DNA of 63,950 nucleotides, filler included, from Octopus bimaculoides (lineage: Eukaryota), in NCBI RefSeq assembly GCF_001194135.2. It is 4 parts of 4 records of this genome, joined end to end, with 100 filler letters (N's around TTAATTAATTAA, not from the genome) between each part and the next. Parts side by side here need not be neighbours in the genome. Positions count along the whole stretch, not along the records: positions 1 to 27,232 come from NC_068994.1; 3 more parts are not named here. One strand, given 5' to 3'. The notes beneath the pieces were generated by a model. That model made no database searches, was not told the DNA's origin, and saw nothing but the letters and a program-made list of their open reading frames with translations. Below are positions 1 to 13,268 of this stretch, piece by piece. The first letter of the stretch is position 1, and every line of letters starts with the position of its first letter. A program made the position numbers and the translations under genes.

Positions 1-448
1 AAAAAAAAAAAAAAAAAAAAGAGTTACATCTCTTTATGATCACTTAGGTTTTTGTTCTTTTTATGACTTAACCAGAGAAAAAAAGGGGACTACTTCTGAT
101 CCTTGCAGGGTGTCCAAGTCTGATCTTGAAACAAGGAGGGAGAAACCACAACTCATGAGTCACTGCAGTAGAAGGAAGTGCATCAAGGCATCAAGTTACT
201 CTGAAACCGGAAACTCGGTCCAGATGATTGCCACGGAATGGTTTTTCACTAAAAGTATCCGGGAGTGAGCGGGTGGTGCTAAACCAAAATGACGATTTCA
301 TACCACCAACCGATTTTGTTTAATTCTCTTTCCATTTTGTAACGAGATCGGTGAGAATGATACACGCGCGCGCACGCACGTATGTACATATGTGTGTATA
401 ATACATACATACATATGTGCGTCTGTATGTATGTATGTATGTATGGGC

Positions 449-646
449 TCAAATTTTGGCACAATGCTAGCAATTTCGGGGTAGGATTTAGTCGATTACA
501 TAGATCCAGTACTCAACTGGTACTTATTTTAGGCCCAGAAAGGGCGAAAAGTAAAGTCGACCTCGACAGAATTTGAACTCAGAACATAAAGACGGACGAA
601 ATACCTCTAAGCATTTTGCCCGGCGTGCTAACAGTTCTACTAGCTC
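449..646 (-). mobile_element. tRNA-derived SINE family A, near full length
   Basis: Reverse complement has the head GAGCTAGTAGAACTGTTAGCACGCCGGGC, a B-box-like GAGTTCAAATTC and the tail TTGTGCCAAAATTT. The same sequence recurs about 10 times in the window. Confidence 0.85.
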
Positions 647-674
647 AACACCCTTTATATATAAATGTTTTTAT

Positions 675-675
<1 letters not shown>

Positions 676-742
<67 letters not shown>
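676..742 (+). repeat. (TAA)n microsatellite at the 5' flank of a Dong-like LINE
   Basis: Perfect TAA array read directly. Confidence 0.95.
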
Positions 743-1813
743 CAGTATTTAAGGAAGCTGACAAATACAAACAAGAAATCAATCTACCTAACAAATACGA
801 AGAAGAAGAAGAAGAAACAACAAAAGCTATAAAACAAATGAAATCCAAACTAAAACTAGAACAGCAACGGACCATGATAAAACGATGGCAAGAAAAGCCC
901 CTACATGGTAAATACTGGGCTAAACTAAATGCGAAAGAAATAGACAGAGAAAANNNNNNNNNNNNNNNNNNNNNNNNNNNNNNNNNNNNNNNNNNNNNNN
1001 NNNNNNNNNNNNNNNNNNNNNNNNNNNNNNNNNNNNNNNNNNNNNNNNNNNNNNNNNNNNNNNNNNNNNNNNNNNNNNNNNNNNNNNNNNNNNNNNNNNN
1101 NNNNNNNNNNNNNNNNNNNNNNNNNNNNNNNNNNNNNNNNNNNNNNNNNNNNNNNNNNNNNNNNNNNNNNNNNNNNNNNNNNNNNNNNNNNNNNNNNNNN
1201 NNNNNNNNNNNNNNNNNNNNNNNNNNNNNNNNNNNNNNNNNNNNNNNNNNNNNNNNNNNNNNNNNNNNNNNNNNNNNNNNNNNNNNNNNNNNNNNNNNNN
1301 NNNNNNNNNNNNNNNNNNNNNNNNNNNNNNNNNNNNNNNNNNNNNNNNNNNNNNNNNNNNNNNNNNNNNNNNNNNNNNNNNNNNNNNNNNNNNNNNNNNN
1401 NNNNNNNNNNNNNNNNNNNNNNNNNNNNNNNNNNNNNNNNNNNNNNNNNNNNNNNNNNNNNNNNNNNNNNNNNNNNNNNNNNNNNNNNNNNNNNNNNNNN
1501 NNNNNNNNNNNNNNNNNNNNNNNNNNNNGATAACTCGAATGTGGAATCTAAAAACAGAAACAATTCCTATCATAGTAGGTGCCTTAGGTATAATAAAAAA
1601 ATATTCAGACAAATACATAACAAAAACACCAGGACTTACAAATATATATAACATACAGAAAATTGCACTACTGGGTACTGCACACATTCTACGCAAAACA
1701 CTTTCAATACAGTAAACATAAGAGCACCACAGCAAACCACAGCACATACCCAAGGCGCACAGAGCTGCGCTCGGTAGTGAAGTGAAAGCACGTTATAAAA
1801 ATAAAACTACTGA
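743..1813 (+). mobile_element. 5'-truncated R4/Dong-like non-LTR retrotransposon (post-RT region, RLE C-terminus, 3' UTR); middle is a gap
   Basis: Translates RWQEKPLHGKYW before the gap and IPIIVGALG...QKIALLGTAHILRKTL* after it. (TAA)n lies on both sides. Confidence 0.8.
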
Positions 1814-2502
1814 ATAATAATAATAATAATAATAATAATTTTACGTTAAACTGAAGGATTACTTAATACTTTTGGTAGAGTACAAATTTATTATTCTTTA
1901 ACAAAAGTTGACAGTGAATTCAAAGTTTCGACCAGCGAATAAGCCATCATCGGAGCGAGTATATATTACACACTTAGCGGAAAATGTATACTTTGTAACC
2001 AGTCATGAGATCATGTGATGTATCGTAATGTTATTTTTCTCGTGTATTCGTAAGTAGGTAATAACCACCCGGATATCGATGTGAAACCATAGTAGAGATT
2101 TAATGGTATAATTAATTAAATATAACTATACGCCTATATATGATTGCAATTGTATATATAAGAGAGCCAGAGAGAAAGAGGGTGAGGATGAGTTTCTGAC
2201 TGTTCGGTTGATTAATACATAGATTATGCACAAAATAGTGCATACAATGACATTATCCATGTTTGTTTAGTTTTGATGAAGTCTAGCTTTATATGATTAC
2301 CTTACAAAAGCAATATACATCTATTTTGAGACCACTGTTTAAATAATATTGATTCCTTTCAAATGTTCAAGGGCTTAAAAATAATAGAATTCCGTTTACT
2401 TAAGCACGAAGAGATGGGAGACAATGATTGTTGAACTCAATTCCTCTCTGTATTCTCGTTAGAAAAAGAAAAGAAAGTGAAACAAAACCAGGTGGATGTG
2501 GT

Positions 2503-2670
2503 CAGGGCCGGCCCTTGGGTTGCTGGCGCCCCGGGCAAGCTGAACTTCGGAGTGTACAAGCTGACACGGTTGTGGAAATTCCTTTGTCTTTGTTATGCTC
2601 TCCGTGGTACCCTCTAGCACATAGCGCCCCGGGTGATTGCCCGAGTTGCCGGTACCTTGAGCCGACCCTG
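2503..2670. mobile_element. hAT-type MITE
   Basis: TIRs CAGGGCCGGC / GCCGACCCTG. 8-bp TSD GATGTGGT (2495-2502) / AATGTGGT (2671-2678). GC-rich island. Confidence 0.75.
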
Positions 2671-3000
2671 AATGTGGTGGTGGTGGTGTGAAACAGTCAC
2701 TTGGTCTAACTCCAATCTCTGTCTCCTGAATGCTTTTACTGGATGCTTTTAGCAAAAACCATTCCGTGACAAACATTTGGACCAAATCTTCAGTCTCAGG
2801 ATAACATTTAATAATACACGTACAAAGCAGCACTAAGCAGTGAACCGTATTGACCAAACTAAAGACCAGTGTCTTTGTGATACATGCTGTTTTCAAATCA
2901 AGTTACGTAACTGTCCATGCATCTCCAGAGAGAGAGAGAGAGGGGGGAGGGAGAAAGTGAGAGATCCTGAAACTTTGAGGGTGGGTGCAAGTCCATTATT

Positions 3001-3134
3001 ACTGGTACTTATTTTATCGACCCCGAAAAGATGAAAGGCAAAGTCAATCCCGGCAGAATTTGAACTCGGAACGTAAAGCCGAAAGAAATGCTGCCAAGCA
3101 TTTTGTCCGGCGTGTTAACGATTCTGCTATCTCA
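3001..3134 (-). mobile_element. SINE family A, 5' portion
   Basis: Homologous to the other family A copies (ACTGGTACTT...GAATTTGAACTC...GCATTTTGTCCGGCGTG). Confidence 0.8.
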
Positions 3135-3394
3135 AAGCGTGAGGAAAATAAAGTAATTTCAATAGCGACTCGAAACTAGACATCGAATTCAGCTGCCTGA
3201 AAGTTTACCTATACTCTAAAATGTACCAAACACCATTTAAATGAAATTATGTACTTCTCTGATTTTATCAAGGGCTTCGAAATCAAACTTTTGTGACCTG
3301 GACATCAATGTTTTGAAACTGACCTCTTTTCCATTACATTTCAGACAGATTCAGGACTGAGTTGCAGAAATATCGTTATAGCAAATATCTTGTT

Positions 3395-3546
3395 CAATAG
3401 CACAGATGTGCTTGTTAGTTGCTTTACCTTAACCAATTGAGCATGTCTCTTAATGACTGACAATATGTGAACCTCTGATCATGAGAAGTAGTAGTGGGGG
3501 AGCATCATAGCCATGCGTCGAAAGGGATCCTTTGAGGTTTGAATAA
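3395..3546 (-). repeat. probable SINE body fragment
   Basis: Resembles a dispersed cephalopod repeat segment recognised from memory (…GGCTATGATGCTCCCCCACTACT…). No second copy in the window. Confidence 0.35.
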
Positions 3547-4212
3547 ATGTAACAAAAGCAAAGTTTGAAGGAAATACTAAACATTTTTTAAACTCTCAAG
3601 GGAAAAGCAAATAAGAAATAACGGTTGCTCCACAAGGACAAAAATTGTGTTACACAGTGTTATCATAGATGCATTGGGCCCATGTCAAAGAGCCTAGAAA
3701 TGCTAGGGTTCTCCAAAACAAATAACAAATCAAAATGATTTATATACAATTAATTGGTGGCACAGTGAAAATGAATTGTCAGGATTCTCCTGTTGAAAAT
3801 CCTGGATTGAGTATAATCACACAGTGATATGTGCATATGGCATACTTAGGTACAGACGCATAATCAGTGATGAAATGCACTCATACTTGTGTACTAAAAT
3901 GAGACGTACATACACTTTATTGCAAGTTTATCTACATACGCACCAACATATATGCAGCCGCTTATTCATACGTTGACAAACTCCAAAAGCTATTTTGACT
4001 TAAACAAAAAAGCCTTGTCACTTGAATTCAGCACAAAAAAGAACGAACTTAAATACCACCCCCACCCGCCCCAATGAGTACATATCTCGTGTCAGTGACC
4101 AGGTTGCAATTGGTGAGATAAAAATTTTGACACGAAATAAGAAATGATTAAGTTAAATATACGCACGCGCGCACACATATATTTACATGAATATAAATGA
4201 ATAATATTAATA

Positions 4213-4294
4213 CAGCAATCTCTTGCCATATCGCGGTTCACTTATCGCGTTGAGATTTTGGAACATAACACCCGCGATAGACGAGGGATTACTG
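4213..4294. mobile_element. Tigger/pogo-like MITE (82 bp)
   Basis: TA TSD. TIRs CAGCAATCTCTTG / CGAGGGATTACTG. Homologous to 6776-7007 and 24122-24291. Confidence 0.75.
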
Positions 4295-4501
4295 TAATAA
4301 CAATATAAATAAGATGCCAAATATTTTGATGCGCGACTTTTGGCCCATCCTGTATATGTATGTGTGTCTCTATCTATCTATCTATCTATCTATCTATATA
4401 TATATACATGCATATATAAATACACACACACACACGCACACACAAGTGTATATATGTATATATATATATATATATGCATGTATGTATGTATTTGTGTGTG
4501 T

Positions 4502-4581
<80 letters not shown>

Positions 4582-6615
4582 ATTTCTATAAAATATCTCC
4601 TTAAATATTCATATTGTCTGAATTGAAGTCGCTGTTGAAATCACTCCATTTTGCATACGCTGTTAACACTTTCCTCCGCCACTGAAAAGCATGGACATTA
4701 CAGACTTTCTTCTTCCCCTGTATTTGTATAAGAAATCAATAAGACATATCGTGTTTAGAGTACTTATTATAGAGAAGACCAATCTGTTAAAATTAGTTGG
4801 TTAGCTGTCCCTAAAACATTACTTCAATTGATAAATAATTATTATCTTTGGAAAGATGAAAAGCAAAGTCAATCCTCTGGTTATTTGTAATCTGGGTAGT
4901 GAGACATTAAATAGTGTGAAGCATGTAACCCGCTACTGCCTCTTTAAAACATAACTCTATTCCGAAACTGAGAAAGAGAAAACGGGAAGTTATAACGTTT
5001 GTGTTTGTTATGCATAAAGGGACGCGGTTTTAGCTAGGAGTTGAAAGCACTCTACCTACCTACCTACCTACCTACCTACCTACCTGCCTATCTATCTATC
5101 TATCTATCTATCTATCCATCTATCTATCATATATTTTATAAATTATGTATATCCACATATATCTAGTATCCATCCATCTATCCATCCATCCATCCATCCA
5201 TACGTACATACGTACATACATACATACACAAACACACAAGTATATATATAAATATATGTGTATATTTGTGTGTGTGTGTGCCTGTATGTATGTATATGCT
5301 CACATACATGCATACTTCTGTGTCTATGTATCTATCTATACGTACAGGTATACCTAAACACATACTTGCATGCATAAACACATGCATATATAAATACACA
5401 CACACATACGCGCGCGCGCGCACACACACACACAGAGTCAGAGAACAAAAGGTAAGATATTCACACATCACTACACGTCAATATTACATGGACACCATAT
5501 TAAAGAAATTGTTAATTTGTCATCGATTCCATTCACAAAGCTACGGACACTTTGACTTAGCATTTTCTTAGCTTCTTAAAACAATGTATTTGCGTACAGA
5601 TACAAGAAAATAATGTATGAGATATGCAAAAGTATCGATTTTTTTCCTCATAAATAGAAAGATTTTAGAATTACTGGAATGGAGAAATTAAATATTGCGG
5701 AGTTAATTTATTTACTTATTTATTTAACTATTTATTCATTTAATGAGTCAGTAATAATTATCCATGTTAATGATATTTAAGCTGGAATTTAATTTGGGAA
5801 CTTGAAAAAATAATAATATTTTTTCCCCTATGCACGAAAACCAATCCATTCATACATACATATATGACTACATTTATACGTATATGCGTTCGTTCGTACG
5901 TACGTACATATACGCATATGTACATAGATACATACGTATATACGTACATATATACGTAGGTACACACATACATACATGCATATATACATACATGCATACA
6001 TACATACATACATATATATATATATATATTTATATATAAATATATATATTTATATTTATATATAAATATATATAATATACATATATGTATATTTATATAT
6101 ATATATGTATATATATATATATGCGTGTATGTGTCTATGAATGAATGTACGTTTGTATGCACACACACACACACACACGATACTACATGTGTGCGTGTAG
6201 TAAAGAAAACGGGATACTGTGATATCCATGACGTTCGGAATGACATTATTAGCAGAAATAAATAAAGGGAGGCTACGAATTCAGTCTCGACAAGAGCTGA
6301 CTTTCTACCAATAATGGAGTTCACTCTACATGCAGTCTGATACTTAAATATAATAGACAAGCACATTCGCAACTGCAAACAGTAAAGGCAATCAAGCGAC
6401 AGCAGATACCACTATTTCACACAAAGGAAGTCCATTGTCTTCTTCGCTCGAAATGTTTTTGCACCGAGTGACATTTTATGAAAAATTCATCAACGTCTTG
6501 ACAAAAAAAAAAAAAAAAAGAAGCACAATATGAGAACAAAAAAAGAAAAAACAAAGAAAATATGGAACTATTTTGTAAATTTATTGAATTAAAATCGATG
6601 GCATGCCTAATTATA

Positions 6616-6621
6616 AGTATG

Positions 6622-6655
<34 letters not shown>

Positions 6656-6762
6656 TGTATGTATGTATGTATGTATGTATGTATATATGTATGTATGCAT
6701 GCATGTATGTATGTATGCATGTATGTATGTATGTATGTATGTATGTATGTATGTATGTATGT
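6616..6762 (+). repeat. (TATG)n microsatellite; similar arrays at 15840-15908, 16555-16790 and 48325-48392
   Basis: Read directly. Source of the spurious MYVC/HTYI ORFs. Confidence 0.95.
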
Positions 6763-6775
6763 GTGCATCTGTATA

Positions 6776-7007
6776 CAGTAATCCCTTGCTATATCGCTGT
6801 TCATCTATTGCAGTTTACTATTTAAACTTACGTCGATTTCTCGGTGGTGTTGTCTTGCATTTATAATAAAATAAATACATGTAAATAATAAAAATGATAA
6901 AAAAAGAATTTACAGAACAGTACTGTTTCTACTACGCGGATTTTCATCTATCGCGATGATGGGGTGGGTTTTGGAAGGTAACACCCGCGATAGTCGAAGG
7001 ATTACTG
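6776..7007. mobile_element. Tigger/pogo-like MITE (232 bp)
   Basis: TA TSD. TIRs CAGTAATCCCTTG / CGAAGGATTACTG. Shares the subterminal TAACACCCGCGATAG with 4213-4294. Confidence 0.75.
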
Positions 7008-7065
7008 TACTTAGATAATGTAAAGGGACGTAATCACCTGCTACATTTTTTAACGTTATATATAT

Positions 7066-7124
<59 letters not shown>

Positions 7125-7468
7125 TATGTGTGTGTGTGTGTATATATATATATATGTATATAAAATATATGTATATAAAATATATGTATGTATATATATA
7201 NNNNNNNNNNNNNNNNNNNNNNNNNNNNNNNNNNNNNNNNNNNNNNNNNNNNNNNNNNNNNNNNNNNNNNNNNNNNNNNNNNNNNNNNNNNNNNNNNNNN
7301 NNNNNNNNNNNNNNNNNNNNNNNNNNNNNNNNNNNNNNNNNNNNNNNNNNNNNNNNNNNNNNNNNNNNNNNNNNNNNNNNNNNNNNNNNNNNNNNNNNNN
7401 NNNNNNNNNNNNNNNNNNNNNNNNNNNNNNNNNNNNNNNATATTTAATTATGTACATCACACCTAACA

Positions 7469-7515
<47 letters not shown>

Positions 7516-7867
7516 CCGGTTGGGTAAAAAGTAAGCAACGTTTTGAACCATGAAGAATTTGTTCTGGTTTCTTTTTGCTGAGTTCTGAATTTTTTTAAAC
7601 ATTCTTTTGTAATTGTCTGATAATACAAACATAAATTAGCCCGAATGCACCAATAAATTAACATTGATATTTTTATGACCGTTGTACCAATCATCTTTTC
7701 GAAGAGATTATATCGTTCAGAGTTGATTTTGTATCGTTGCGGATAGGTTGTCCTTGGTTTAAGGTCCTCCCTAGCGGGGTTATCCGTGGTTCGTAATTGT
7801 TTAACTTGTTGTATTGTTTGCTTTTGTTGTATTTTCGCCCCAGTGGAGGCGAAAATTGCAGTGAGCA

Positions 7868-8380
7868 ATGGAGGAATTGCAAGCGAGTGCCGGGAGCTAC
7901 GCTTCAGTAGCAGGCCGAGATAATATTGCAGCGACGGTGAGACAACTGGAAGTCAAGGTGGTGCCTGTAGAATTCGAAATGGTGTAAAACAGCAAAAAAA
8001 ATTAATACAAAGAGAAGGGTCAAGATTAAAATTGAAGCCGCCGGAAGAGATAACAAGAAGTAAAAACGAAAAAAACGGTGGTTTACAGAACTCATTCACT
8101 GGCAAGTAAGAAAATAGAAATAGCAAACGAGAAAGATTTAGTAGAATGCTTGAAAGAGATAAAAAGCAACATCGAATTCTACTGCAGAGGCAGAAAGTTT
8201 GGTACAGTGGAGGTACACTTCCCTGCTATGGAAGAGGCAGCAAAGTACTCCACTGTAACCTTGAAAGCGGAAAAATGGGCGCTCCTGCCAACATACCTCG
8301 GGAAACGAGTAGCGAGAGTGAGGATTGGCGGGTTGCCCGCCACCCTCCAGAGATCAATGAGATGTGGCTGTTTGCAGTAA
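7868..8380 (+). mobile_element. possible LINE ORF1-like (gag-like) remnant, frameshifted
   Basis: MEELQASAGSYASVAG... then GTVEVHF...RVARVRIGGLP. SYASVA and the RRM-like beta strands resemble L1/Tx1-type ORF1. No RT nearby. Confidence 0.3.
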
Positions 8381-8563
8381 ATCCATTATTAAGATTCCAA
8401 TACCCTATGAGTAAAATCCAACAGACTTTGAAATTGGTCATTCCAAATACAGAGTTTATGCACAGCATTATTGAATCAAGGGTTCTGTTTAAAGTATCCC
8501 TGCATTCACTCTCTATTTCCTATAGTATCTAAATTCATTATTGCTTAACCATCCTCTCACACT

Positions 8564-8611
8564 GTCTCCGATGAAGGGATATAATAAATATCCTGGAAAC
8601 AGCTGTAAGAC
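8564..8611 (+). ncRNA. minimal type I hammerhead ribozyme motif (Penelope-type), core variant CCGAUGA
   Basis: GTCT-CCGATGA-A-GGGATAT(AATAA)ATATCCT-G-GAAAC-AGCT-GTA-AGAC. Stem I GTCT/AGAC, 7-bp stem II, palindromic ACAGCTGT stem III, GUA cleavage triplet. Confidence 0.65.
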
Positions 8612-10790
8612 CTTCTATTTATAAATGTTCAAAAATATACACAGCCTTGGTTTTTTTTTTATCTCATTACGAAAAGTAAATCCTTATATTCACACGCTGA
8701 TATATGACCTACGTTGGACCCCTTATTCGCCGAACTTGGAGCTTAACTATGGTCTATTAATAGCACTTACTCAGCATTACCTGAAAACTCTGTGTCTAAT
8801 TGACACCACTATCGCTCATAACCTCCATATATATATATATATATATATATATANNNNNNNNNNNNNNNNNNNNNNNNNNNNNNNNNNNNNNNNNNNNNNN
8901 NNNNNNNNNNNNNNNNNNNNNNNNNNNNNNNNNNNNNNNNNNNNNNNNNNNNNNNNNNNNNNNNNNNNNNNNNNNNNNNNNNNNNNNNNNNNNNNNNNNN
9001 NNNNNNNNNNNNNNNNNNNNNNNNNNNNNNNNNNNNNNNNNNNNNNNNNNNNNNNNNNNNNNNNNNNNNNNNNNNNNNNNNNNNNNNNNNNNNNNNNNNN
9101 NNNNNNNNNNNNNNNNNNNNNNNNNNNNNNNNNNNNNNNNNNNNNNNNNNNNNNNNNNNNNNNNNNNNNNNNNNNNNNNNNNNNNNNNNNNNNNNNNNNN
9201 NNNNNNNNNNNNNNNNNNNNNNNNNNNNNNNNNNNNNNNNNNNNNNNNNNNNNNNNNNNNNNNNNNNNNNNNNNNNNNNNNNNNNNNNNNNNNNNNNNNN
9301 NNNNNNNNNNNNNNNNNNNNNNNNNNNNNNNNNNNNNNNNNNNNNNNNNNNNNNNNNNNNNNNNNNNNNNNNNNNNNNNNNNNNNNNNNNNNNNNNNNNN
9401 NNNNNNNNNNNNNNNNNNNNNNNNNNNNNNNNNNNNNNNNNNNNNNNNNNNNNNNNNNNNNNNNNNNNNNNNNNNNNNNNNNNNNNNNNNNNNNNNNNNN
9501 NNNNNNNNNNNNNNNNNNNNNNNNNNNNNNNNNNNNNNNNNNNNNNNNNNNNNNNNNNNNNNNNNTATATATATACAATATATATAATATATATTCACAA
9601 TATATATAATATATATTCACAATATGTGTGTATACGTGTGCGCGCTGGTGCGTGTGCGTGCGTATGTGCGTGTGCGTGCGTATGTGCGTGTGTGCCTGTG
9701 CGTTAATTCTTGAATCAAATATCAAGGAGACAAGGAATCCATAGAAGTCTCTATAATTCCCTGTCACTGTAGAGACATTTGTTTTTCTCTGATTTAATGT
9801 TTTAACAAAGATTTGGCTAATTCCAAATACACATACATACATACATACATACATACATACATACATTCATACATTACATACGCGCGCGCGTGTTTCTGTG
9901 TAAAACCCTCATCTATTCGCATATATAGTTGGACTATTGTTTTCGTGCGTCTTCGGAAAATCTAGTCTTACAAGCTGGAATAATTTCAGCATTTTATTCG
10001 AATTCGAAGGCTTGTCAAAAAGGATCTTCATTCCTTCCGTAGCACATAAGCTGTACATTATGTTTTACCATTTAATTTTTTGAATTGATCAAAATCTTAC
10101 TATTTCTCAAGGCCCGGACGGATGCTTAAAATTAGATCGTAAGCCTTCTGCCCGGATTCGAATCGATTGCATATGTGTGTTATAGTTTACCTTAAATTTT
10201 TTGGCTATCAAATTTATATACGCATTACTAGTAATTGGAGGGCTGACCGTAATTTGATGTATTACGTAATTAATTGGGCAATTCTCATCTGTTCCTTTTG
10301 ACAAAATTACAATTTGTATTGTAAGGATTATTGTATGTACAATAATCCTTAGCAGTATCATTACTATTGATTGTTAATATATCTCCTTGTAATGTTTTTC
10401 TCATGATTAGGAGTTGTGGGATAAGCTAATTTAGCAGTATTCATGTCTAAGATTTCATACATGTACTAACAGGTTAGCAACTAGTATACTTAGATCGATT
10501 CTTCCAGATTCTATTTTCCCTGTTAATAAAATACAGTTTCTCTTCAGAACATCACAGAACAAATGTCTTGTTATAATAGAATGAGTATTCCTTAAAAGCT
10601 TCGATCGTATCTGTGGTTATCAAAAGACTGTGATCTCTGAAGAAGAAAAACAGGTCCATCATAAACCTATCTTCAAGTCGGTGGCTGCTATTGGTCGTAG
10701 TCAATAAGCCATCAATCTGGTACACTTCCCAATAAACTGACGAATTCATCCCTGCTAGAACTTGTGCTAGTGTGTGTAGAATTTATGAAA

Positions 10791-10871
<81 letters not shown>

Positions 10872-11579
10872 TATATGTATAGAGTGTTAGAAGTGGTGTA
10901 CAGATATTGTATATTGAGAAAAAGGAGGTCGCCAGAATATTGGAAAAAATATTTTATTTATTCATTATTATTAGCGCTTTCGATCGTTTTCTAACTTGTC
11001 AAATAAAATTGAGAATGTGCAAACAGGTTGTTCATTTATATAAATCAGGTGTTTTTTGTTTTGTTTAGAAGAGAACATTGTTTTTGTTTGGGGTGGGGGC
11101 GTGAAGTTCCAGGACAATGTAGATAGACAGATAGATAGACCAGCAGATAGATAGGTAGAGAGAGGGAAGTGGGATTTCTTTTCAATTTGGCATGTATTTA
11201 CCATTTATTTATTTAGTTAACAAGTTAGTTATTTACCATTGTATAGCTATTGACAGGAGTCCAAGGACGGTGACCTCTCCAAGATGTCAGTTTTAGGATG
11301 AGGAGAATAATGTAAAAAGAATGGGGTGCTGTCATCATTGAAAGCATTTTTGTTTTTTCCCTTTCCTTAAGGTGCCAGAAGGAATATAGGTTTTATGAAA
11401 AATTAAATATGTGTGTGTGTGTGTGCGTGCGTGCCTGTGAGTTTATATGTTTGGAAATATATCTATGTCTACACTGTGCAATTTCAATGTTTTGCAATGA
11501 AAAATAAACTCGGGTTTCTTTCAATTTCATGTACACCACTTCTAACACTCTATAAATATCTCCTTGAATGTACAAAACG

Positions 11580-12763
11580 TCAGAATGAATGGATCAGAAT
11601 CAAGCTCGCAGCCGAGCGACACTAAAAACACAGAAGAACTCCTCATAGAAATATCTAATAAGTTAAATTTACTAATCTGAAAACTTGGCAATATCTTCAC
11701 CAATGCAGATAAAACTGTGAATAATACTCATACGCAAGGTGCTCTAACAACAGAAATGAACAACAAGGAAATAGCAACAATTAATATACAACAAAATCAC
11801 TTGAAACCACAACTCTGGAACATACTTCTTAATCAACATAAACATGCATATTGGAAAAGCATTCGATGTAACAATATAGCCAACACCTACCAGGATTGGC
11901 GAAGCAAAGAAAGCCCAGTCCTTGCCAGAAAATTTCTTATTAAAGAAATAAGAAGTGAATCACTGGAAAAGACAACGATACATGCAGACTTAGCTTTATG
12001 CTGACTAGAAGCACAAATTTCTTTTCTCCAATCGAGAAAAATACGACACGAAGAGAAAGTAAAAACAATTGATGTAGTTATGTTTGCTGAAATCGCCGAA
12101 CGAAGTGACCATCAATGTCATGAAAAGTTGCAACAACTATGGAAAGAAAGCAAAGCGAGAAGAAGAAAAGCCCATAAAAATGTGGAAGAAACAAGAGTGG
12201 TTCACTAACTATGAAAAAAGCTATGGAAAATCCATTATGAAAACGAAACCACAAGAAAAAAAAAAACAGCGCGTATATAAACACAATTTCAAAATTTCCC
12301 CTAAATACCAACAGATGCAAACAAAATCTTCGTGAAGAAGAAAAGGAAGCGTTACGAACACAGAAGAAGCTGATAAGGGAGGGGCGATAGTAATCATGGA
12401 CAAGGACTACTATAAGGATAAAATATTGAAAATTTTAACAAGCCAAACCTACTACAAGGAAGAACCAAGATACCTAGAAAAAACAATAATGAATAAAATT
12501 AAAACACTAATCAATGAATACCAAGATTCTTTCACAGACAAGGAGAAAGATTATATATGTAACTCTGTAATCAAAAAGAGCAATTTCTACGGATTGCCCC
12601 AAATCCACAAAAGATCCGAAATACAAAGTGCCATAAATAAGCAGAACCAATGCATAAAAATACTAAGACCTGCTGACCTCAAACTAAGGCCAATAGTTGC
12701 TGGACCTCAAGCACCAACGCAACAGCTAAGTCATTTTTTAGATATACTCCTAAAACCTTTGTG
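11580..12763 (+). mobile_element. Penelope-like element 1: N-terminal region and start of RT, degraded, runs into a gap
   Basis: ADKGGAIVIMDK, FYGLPQIHK and LKLRPIVAGP...SHFLDILLKPL are PLE RT motifs. Confidence 0.85.
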
Positions 12764-13216
12764 NNNNNNNNNNNNNNNNNNNNNNNNNNNNNNNNNNNNN
12801 NNNNNNNNNNNNNNNNNNNNNNNNNNNNNNNNNNNNNNNNNNNNNNNNNNNNNNNNNNNNNNNNNNNNNNNNNNNNNNNNNNNNNNNNNNNNNNNNNNNN
12901 NNNNNNNNNNNNNNNNNNNNNNNNNNNNNNNNNNNNNNNNNNNNNNNNNNNNNNNNNNNNNNNNNNNNNNNNNNNNNNNNNNNNNNNNNNNNNNNNNNNN
13001 NNNNNNNNNNNNNNNNNNNNNNNNNNNNNNNNNNNNNNNNNNNNNNNNNNNNNNAACAAACAGACGTATATGGCCGTTTTCATAAAATTATGTAATTCAC
13101 ACTACTCTGTAACGTCGACTACTTTTTATTGTTTGTGGTCTGTCCCCTTCTTTCATTGAAGAAGCATTAAGACGATATTCATACAGCCATACGTACGTAC
13201 ATACATACATACATAT

Positions 13217-13268
<52 letters not shown>

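Noticed and set aside
1910-1955. Hammerhead-like CCGATGA...GAAAC on the minus strand
   Set aside because: No UH triplet in register and no stem I pairing. At best a very decayed remnant.
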